Below, in pieces: positions 58,614 to 64,000 of a stretch of DNA of 64,000 nucleotides. Position numbers and translations under genes: made by a program. The notes under the pieces are model-generated. The model did not search any database and was not told the DNA's origin. It saw only the letters and a list, made by a program, of their open reading frames with translations. The DNA is taken from positions 275,034-339,033 of the forward strand of contig JAHJWB010000003.1 of NCBI GenBank assembly GCA_018828125.1. Reading direction: 5' to 3'. This stretch comes from Gammaproteobacteria bacterium (GTDB lineage: Bacteria; Pseudomonadota; Gammaproteobacteria; Burkholderiales; Burkholderiaceae_C). The first letter of the stretch is position 1. Each line of letters begins with the position of its first letter.

Positions 58614-60038
58614 TCAGTGGCCTTGTGGGGTGGTGGAGGCTGCGGCGCCGGATGTGAGGCCCTGCAGGGCGCCTGGCGATGTGCCGGTGAGTGCGAGCTG
58701 CAGATCGGTCTCGGCCAGCCAGAAGTCGCGCTGTGCTTCTATGGCGTTGGCCACGGCCTGGGTGCTGTTGCGCGCTTCGGCCAGCATGTCCCACACACTG
58801 GCCAGCATGCCGTTGTAGCGCAGGGTGGTTTCATCGCTGATGAGTTGGCGCAGGGGTACGACCTCGGCCTGCTGCTGGCGCGCCAGGTCGAGTGCGGTAT
58901 GGTAGGTGAGCCAGGCGGCGCGCACCTCGCTGCGGGCGCGCACGGCGGTGTCTTGCAGCTGGGCGGCGCTTTGTTCCACCTCGGCTTGCGCGCGGGTGCG
59001 TGCTGCGCCGCCCCAGTCGAACAGGGGCAGGGGCAGTTCGATCTCCCAGCCGCGTGTGATCTCGCGGTGACCACCATCGCGCTCCGTCGCCGTGTTGCGG
59101 CTGTAGGCCAGGCCGATGTCGCCAAACACAGCGCCCGCACGGCTCCAGCCCTGCCGGGTGGCTTGGGTGTCGAGCTGGCGACGGGCCACCTGTACATCGA
59201 GCCGTTCGCGCAGCGCGGTGGTTTCGATGCCGTCTGCGGGCAAGGCGGTGGCGGGCAGGGGCGGCAGGCGGTTGGCCAGCTGGTACTGCGTCTGCAGCCC
59301 CCACACACCGATGCGGCGGTTGAGCTGTTCGCGTTCGGTGGCTGCGGCCAGACGGGCACGGGCGCTTTGGCGGGTGGCCTCTTGCAGCACGGCCTGCTCG
59401 CGGGCCTGCTGCAGGCGGCTCCAGTTGCCCACCTGCACCATGCGGCGGGCCAGCTCGGCCCCGGCCTCGGCCGCCTCGACCATGCGGTCGTGGGTGGCGG
59501 CTATTTGCTCCGCAGCCACAGCACGCAGCCAGGCGCGGCGGGTATCGGCGGCAAGCGTCACCACGTCCTGCGCTGCTTGCAGCGTCGCGATCTGCAGGCG
59601 CTCGGCCTGGCGCGCGGTGCGCCAGGGCAGGGTGATGAGGTCCAGCAGGCTGAAGGCCAGGGTGCGCTCGATTTCGCGCTCGTGGCTGTTGGTGAATCGC
59701 CCGAGGGCCAAGTGTGGGTTGGGCAAAGTGATGGCCTGGACGCGCTCGGCATCGGCCACGCCCAGTGCGGCCAAGCGTGCTTGCAGACCGGGGTTGTGGA
59801 GCAGGGCGATGCGAACGGCGGCGTCTTGCGTGAGGGGATGGGCGAGCCATTCCTGAATGGATTTCTGCGCCGTTGCGCGGGCGAACGGGTCGGCGGCTGG
59901 CAGGGGCGCGTTCACACCGCCCGTGCGGCCTGCCGTGAGCGCTGCGACGTCGCCGCGCAGACCATCCGGCGAGACGCTGGCGCAGCCGGCCAATGCCGTC
60001 GCAGCCACCAGAACCGAGAGGCGATGCAACTTGCTCAT
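58614..60038 (-). CDS. TolC/OEP family outer-membrane lipoprotein
   Basis: Lipobox LAGC, ALLHNPGL, LPLPLFDWG, YNGMLASVWDML. Confidence 0.9.
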   Translation of the reverse strand: MSKLHRLSVLVAATALAGCASVSPDGLRGDVAALTAGRTGGVNAPLPAADPFARATAQKSIQEWLAHPLTQDAAVRIALLHNPGLQARLAALGVADAERVQAITLPNPHLALGRFTNSHEREIERTLAFSLLDLITLPWRTARQAERLQIATLQAAQDVVTLAADTRRAWLRAVAAEQIAATHDRMVEAAEAGAELARRMVQVGNWSRLQQAREQAVLQEATRQSARARLAAATEREQLNRRIGVWGLQTQYQLANRLPPLPATALPADGIETTALRERLDVQVARRQLDTQATRQGWSRAGAVFGDIGLAYSRNTATERDGGHREITRGWEIELPLPLFDWGGAARTRAQAEVEQSAAQLQDTAVRARSEVRAAWLTYHTALDLARQQQAEVVPLRQLISDETTLRYNGMLASVWDMLAEARNSTQAVANAIEAQRDFWLAETDLQLALTGTSPGALQGLTSGAAASTTPQGH

Positions 60039-60469
60039 GGCTTGCCTCCATGTGGAGGGGGGTGACGGTGTATAGGCGGCGTGCTGCGGTGGCGGCCCGG
60101 GTGCATCTCGTGGTGGGGCGGGGCTTGGAGATGGGACGAAGTAGGCGTCGCACCCAGGTTCGGTTTTTGGGCTTTTTGTTGTTGCGCTTCCCACACCACG
60201 ATGTCGGCATGCCCACGCGGAAAGGCGCTGACAGCCGCATGCCCATCGCGCCAGGTTTGTGGCGATGGCGTTGCGTCGGCGAGCGGGGGCTGCAACGGCA
60301 GGCTTTGGTGAATGAGCGGAGCAGTGGCCGCATTCGGGTGTGCTGCATCGCCAGTGGCGCTGGCTTGGGCCAGCGAGAGCAGCGGCGACCACAGGGCAAG
60401 GTAAACGAGGCGCCTTGGCCTCAGAAGCCAGAGCGAAGAGGGAAACGGAAGGGAAGCAGGGGCGCGCAT
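60035..60469 (-). CDS. Secreted hypothetical protein with a His/Pro-rich tail
   Basis: Signal ending in AQA; WRDGHAAVSAFPRGHADIVVWE; stop overlaps the TolC ATG. Confidence 0.65.
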   Translation of the reverse strand: MRAPASLPFPSSLWLLRPRRLVYLALWSPLLSLAQASATGDAAHPNAATAPLIHQSLPLQPPLADATPSPQTWRDGHAAVSAFPRGHADIVVWEAQQQKAQKPNLGATPTSSHLQAPPHHEMHPGRHRSTPPIHRHPPPHGGKP

Positions 60470-60574
60470 GGCGATCTCCAGGCAACGAACGAACAAGGCA
60501 TTGCGCTGCCGCCCGAGGACCGCTGCAGTCAGCGGACATTCAGGCAATGGCAGACGCACTTCGGGCGTCGGAGA

Positions 60575-61003
60575 TCAGGCGATGGGGGGTTTGATGGCCA
60601 GCGCTGCGGGGGCGCTGTCAAAACGGTCTGCGGTCGGCGGTAGCGTGTTGCCGGGTTGTGAGGGCGTCAGCCTCGACTGGTCTGGTGTATCCAGCATGGC
60701 CGAATGGCAGATTTCGCAGGCGGAACAGGTGGCGGAGTGGTGGGCGTGGGAGTCGCAGTCGGGGCTCTCACCTTCGCAGAGGGCATCTATTGCCTGCAAA
60801 TCGTGATGGCTGGCGTGGTCGGCTCCCGCTTCGGCGGCGGCCACCTTTTCATCATGGTGGTGTTGATGTTGTGGCAGCGACTGCTGCTGCGGGGCCATGC
60901 CACTGGTCAGCAGCGGCGGCAATACCCCTGCCGCCATGGCGGTGCCCGTGAGTCCCCGAAGAACCACAACCACCATCAAGACGAAATAGAGCCCGCGACG
61001 CAT
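60575..61003 (-). CDS. His/Cys-rich leader gene of the copper operon (DUF2946/CopL-like)
   Basis: N-terminal TM, HQHHH, CxxC pairs (CSACEICH), C-terminal KPPIA. Confidence 0.65.
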   Translation of the reverse strand: MRRGLYFVLMVVVVLRGLTGTAMAAGVLPPLLTSGMAPQQQSLPQHQHHHDEKVAAAEAGADHASHHDLQAIDALCEGESPDCDSHAHHSATCSACEICHSAMLDTPDQSRLTPSQPGNTLPPTADRFDSAPAALAIKPPIA

Positions 61004-61220
61004 CGGTGAATGATAAGGCGGCACCGGCAAGGTTCCCGTACGGTCACAGATTCATGAGAGACGCGTTGCTGCGTGAGGGCAAACCCGTGCAAAAAAGCTT
61101 GGCGTGCAAACGTTTGGGAGCGCTACCATGCGATGAAGCGGGCTGGCACGTTTGGGTCAGATGCGTGCGTGGTGCTGCCTTTTTAAGCGCTGAGTGCCCG
61201 TGTTTGCTGGAAAAGTCCGT

Positions 61221-64000
61221 ATGCCGCCATGGTTTGCAGGAGCTTGGAGCACCTTGTCTGCCCGTATCCGGTGGCTGGTGCTGATTGCGACCCTGCCTGC
61301 CGTGCTGCTGGTGGTGTACCAGGCCCGTGCGCACCGGATGGACGCGATAGCGGCGGCTGAAGACCGGGCTCAGCATACCCTTCAGTCGGTAGCGGGTAGC
61401 CAGCGGCGCCTGATTGAAAACACCCGCCAGTTTTTGCAGCAGCTTGCCGCCATGCCGCAGGTACACCAGCCAGAACTGGCGCGATGTGGGCGCTATCTGG
61501 CCGAAGTGCTGTCCCTGAACGCGAGTTACGTCAACATTGGAGTGCCGAGCGTTAATGGGGACCTGCTGTGCAATGCCCTTCCACTGAAGTCATCGGTGAA
61601 CGTTGCAAACCGGCCCTATTTTCAGCAAGCGATCACGGCACGAGAGTTTTCGGTGGGCAGCTTTCAAATTGACCGCGCAGCGCAGGTGGCCAGCGTCAAT
61701 TTTGCCTATCCGGTGGTCCCGCCGGGTAGTCAGGCGGTGGCGGGAGCGGCAGTGGCCGTGGTGTCACTGGAGTGGTGGAGTCTTCGGCTCACGGACCTGG
61801 GCCTTCCGGAAGGCGCCGTTGCAAGGGTCTCAGACCCGGATGGGCGCGTGATAGCGCGGTATCCGCCTGATGTGCGCGAGCTGGGTGCCCCGTTTGCGGA
61901 TGCAGATTTTCTTGCGCTGTCGATGGCAACGCCGCAGGGGCAGCGCCAGCGCACCGGCCCCGACGGCACTTCCGAGTTGATCGTGTTCCAGCCGCTGATC
62001 GAAGCGGGGGGCAAGCCCGTCGCCACGATGAGCCTCACCGTCCCCTTGGGGAGTCTGTATGCGGCAGCCAATCGGCGGATGTGGACCGACATCGCAATTT
62101 TGCTGGTCGGCCTGATGGCATCGTTTGCGCTCGCGCATGAAGGCCTGCGGCGCGGGGTGGTAGGGCCCATCCAGCGCTTGCTGCGCGCCACGGACGAATT
62201 GGCTGAGGGGCGTTATGTCTCTGGAATGCCGGCCACCGGGTTGCAGGAGTTGACGGAACTGGGCCGTCGGTTTGATCGCATGGCGTTAACCCGCCAGACG
62301 GCCGAAACCCAGCTGCGACAGAGCGAAGAAAACCTTGCGATCACCCTGCATTCCATAGGTGACGCTGTAGTAGCCACCGACGCGCATGGGTATGTCAGCC
62401 GTATGAACCCCGTTGCAGAGCGCTTGACGGGTTGGAGCATTGATGTGGCACGGGGCAGGCCGCTGGCAGAGGTGTTCCGCATCGTCAACTCCAGTACGCG
62501 CGAGCCGCAGGTAGACCCGGTGCAACAGGTGATGGCCCAGGGTCAGGTGGTGGCCCTGAGCAATCACACCACCCTGTTGGCCCGCGATGGGAGCGAGTAT
62601 CAGATTGCCGACAGCGCCGCGCCGATTCGCAATTCGCACGGCATCATCGTAGGCGTGGTGCTCGTGTTCAGTGATGTCTCTGGTGCTTATCGCGTGCGCA
62701 AACAGCTGGAGGACAACGAGGCGCGATTTCGGACCTTGGCAGCTCTGTCGTCTGACTGGTACTGGGAGCAAGATGCGCAGTTTCGGCTGGTCCATGTTGA
62801 TGGCAGCACCGAGGACGGATTGGTCAAAGAGGCGGCTCTTCATATGGGGAAAACGCGCTGGGAGTTGGCGGCGCCCGGTATCAGCGACGAGTGGTGGAAA
62901 GATCACCGCGCTTTGCTGGAGCAACACGGTGAGTTTCGCGATTTCGAGTTCCAGCGCCACGACAGGTCGGGGGCGCCATACTGGGTCTCCATCAGCGGTA
63001 CGCCAATGTTTGATGAGAAGGGGGTTTTTTGCGGCTACCGGGGTGTGGGCAAAGACATCACTGCACGCAAAAACGACGAAAACGAGCTGCGCATCGCCGC
63101 CATCGCATTTGAATCGCAGGAGGGCATGATCGTGACCGATCACGATACCGTCATCCTTCGCACCAATCGGGCGTTCGCCAAGATCACCGGCTACAGCGGC
63201 GAAGAAGCGGTGGGAAGACGGTCGAACCTGCTGGCCTCGGGGCATCACGACAAGGCGTTTTTTGATGCAATGTGGACCAGTCTGCGCACGCATGGCGAGT
63301 GGAAGGGCGAGATATGGAACCGCTGCAAGAGTGGCGAGGTGAGCCTGCATTTCATGGCCATTACTGCGGTGAAAGACGCGCAAGGGGCCCTCACCCACTA
63401 CGTGGCCACTCTCAGCGACATCACGCAGCGGGCGCAGGCTGCGCGTGAGATCGAAACCCTCGCGTTCTACGACCCCCTTACCCATCTGCCCAACCGCAGG
63501 TTGATGATGGACCGGTTGCAGCAGGCTTTTGCCACCAGCGCACGCACCGGTTTGCAGGGGGCCTTGTTGTGCCTGGACCTGGACCACTTCAAGAATCTGA
63601 ACGACACCCTCGGCCACGACATGGGGGATGTGCTGCTGCAGCAAGTGGGGCAGCGACTGTCGGCTTGTGTGCGGGAGGGTGACACGGTGGCGCGGCTCGG
63701 AGGGGACGAGTTTCTGGTGCTGCTGGAAGATTTGGGTGCATTGGCCACCGATGCTGCCGAGCAGTCACAAGACGTGGGCGAAAAAATTCTGGCCGCGCTC
63801 AATCGACCCTATCAGTTGGCATCTCACCATGTGCACAGCACCACCAGTGTGGGCGCCGTGTTGTTCAGCGGTCAGAGCCAGACCGTGGAAGATCTGGTCA
63901 AGCACGCCGACCTGGCGATGTACGCAGCGAAGACGGCGGGGCGCAACAGCATCCGGTTTTTTGACCCCATGATGCAAGCCGCCGTCACGGCCCGAGCCGC
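61221..64000 (+). CDS. Membrane diguanylate cyclase/phosphodiesterase (Cache-like, HAMP, 3 PAS, GGDEF); truncated by the window end
   Basis: Traced by hand from ATG 61221 through TM, sensor, HAMP and the first PAS; later FYDPLTHLPNR, DLDHFK, REGD I-site, ARLGGDEF; absent from the ORF track, consistent with no in-window stop. Confidence 0.9.
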   Translation, partial: MPPWFAGAWSTLSARIRWLVLIATLPAVLLVVYQARAHRMDAIAAAEDRAQHTLQSVAGSQRRLIENTRQFLQQLAAMPQVHQPELARCGRYLAEVLSLNASYVNIGVPSVNGDLLCNALPLKSSVNVANRPYFQQAITAREFSVGSFQIDRAAQVASVNFAYPVVPPGSQAVAGAAVAVVSLEWWSLRLTDLGLPEGAVARVSDPDGRVIARYPPDVRELGAPFADADFLALSMATPQGQRQRTGPDGTSELIVFQPLIEAGGKPVATMSLTVPLGSLYAAANRRMWTDIAILLVGLMASFALAHEGLRRGVVGPIQRLLRATDELAEGRYVSGMPATGLQELTELGRRFDRMALTRQTAETQLRQSEENLAITLHSIGDAVVATDAHGYVSRMNPVAERLTGWSIDVARGRPLAEVFRIVNSSTREPQVDPVQQVMAQGQVVALSNHTTLLARDGSEYQIADSAAPIRNSHGIIVGVVLVFSDVSGAYRVRKQLEDNEARFRTLAALSSDWYWEQDAQFRLVHVDGSTEDGLVKEAALHMGKTRWELAAPGISDEWWKDHRALLEQHGEFRDFEFQRHDRSGAPYWVSISGTPMFDEKGVFCGYRGVGKDITARKNDENELRIAAIAFESQEGMIVTDHDTVILRTNRAFAKITGYSGEEAVGRRSNLLASGHHDKAFFDAMWTSLRTHGEWKGEIWNRCKSGEVSLHFMAITAVKDAQGALTHYVATLSDITQRAQAAREIETLAFYDPLTHLPNRRLMMDRLQQAFATSARTGLQGALLCLDLDHFKNLNDTLGHDMGDVLLQQVGQRLSACVREGDTVARLGGDEFLVLLEDLGALATDAAEQSQDVGEKILAALNRPYQLASHHVHSTTSVGAVLFSGQSQTVEDLVKHADLAMYAAKTAGRNSIRFFDPMMQAAVTARA

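Noticed and set aside
60039-60539. N-terminal extension of the TolC ORF
   Set aside because: The lipoprotein signal begins at 60038, and another frame holds a more plausible upstream gene.
61077-61160. c-di-GMP-I (GEMM) riboswitch-like words GGGCAAACC...GCAAA upstream of the GGDEF gene
   Set aside because: The P1 strands do not pair (no ACGGG partner for CCCGT), and the GNRA loop and P2 receptor are missing. An Infernal scan would settle it.
173-63977. Numerous long overlapping ORFs in the six-frame track (for example 8778-10283, 19023-20732, 58476-60065, 62286-63644)
   Set aside because: Antisense or alternate-frame shadows of real genes in GC-rich DNA, with no recognisable motifs.

Overview
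Chromosomal core-genome segment of a GC-rich betaproteobacterium, most likely Comamonadaceae (Acidovorax-like), judged from gene content and order. Housekeeping genes: mfd, ispDF, ompR/envZ-like pair, bdhA-hydrolase-relA, phaR, rimO, earP-efp, uvrC-pgsA, hupB, ppiD, rhlE, ettA and four tRNAs. Small accessory modules are interspersed: a RidA/PhzF/Bug/AraC cluster, an SPFH + double zinc-ribbon + small membrane protein operon, a LysR/CoA-transferase/HMG-CoA-lyase/Bug cluster, an AT-richer lectin/EF-hand/MCP islet, and a 7-gene copper operon with a two-domain multicopper oxidase. No integrase, transposase or CRISPR array is visible. The most unusual signal is a dispersed AT-rich palindromic repeat (core ATAGCT-N3-WGCGCTT-N7-AAGCGC), with 10 copies at 9 loci. 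Four copies are translated in frame inside genes (twice in earP, twice as the core of a signal peptide) and one appears to supply a Shine-Dalgarno. All calls come from motif recognition by eye; no database search was run.
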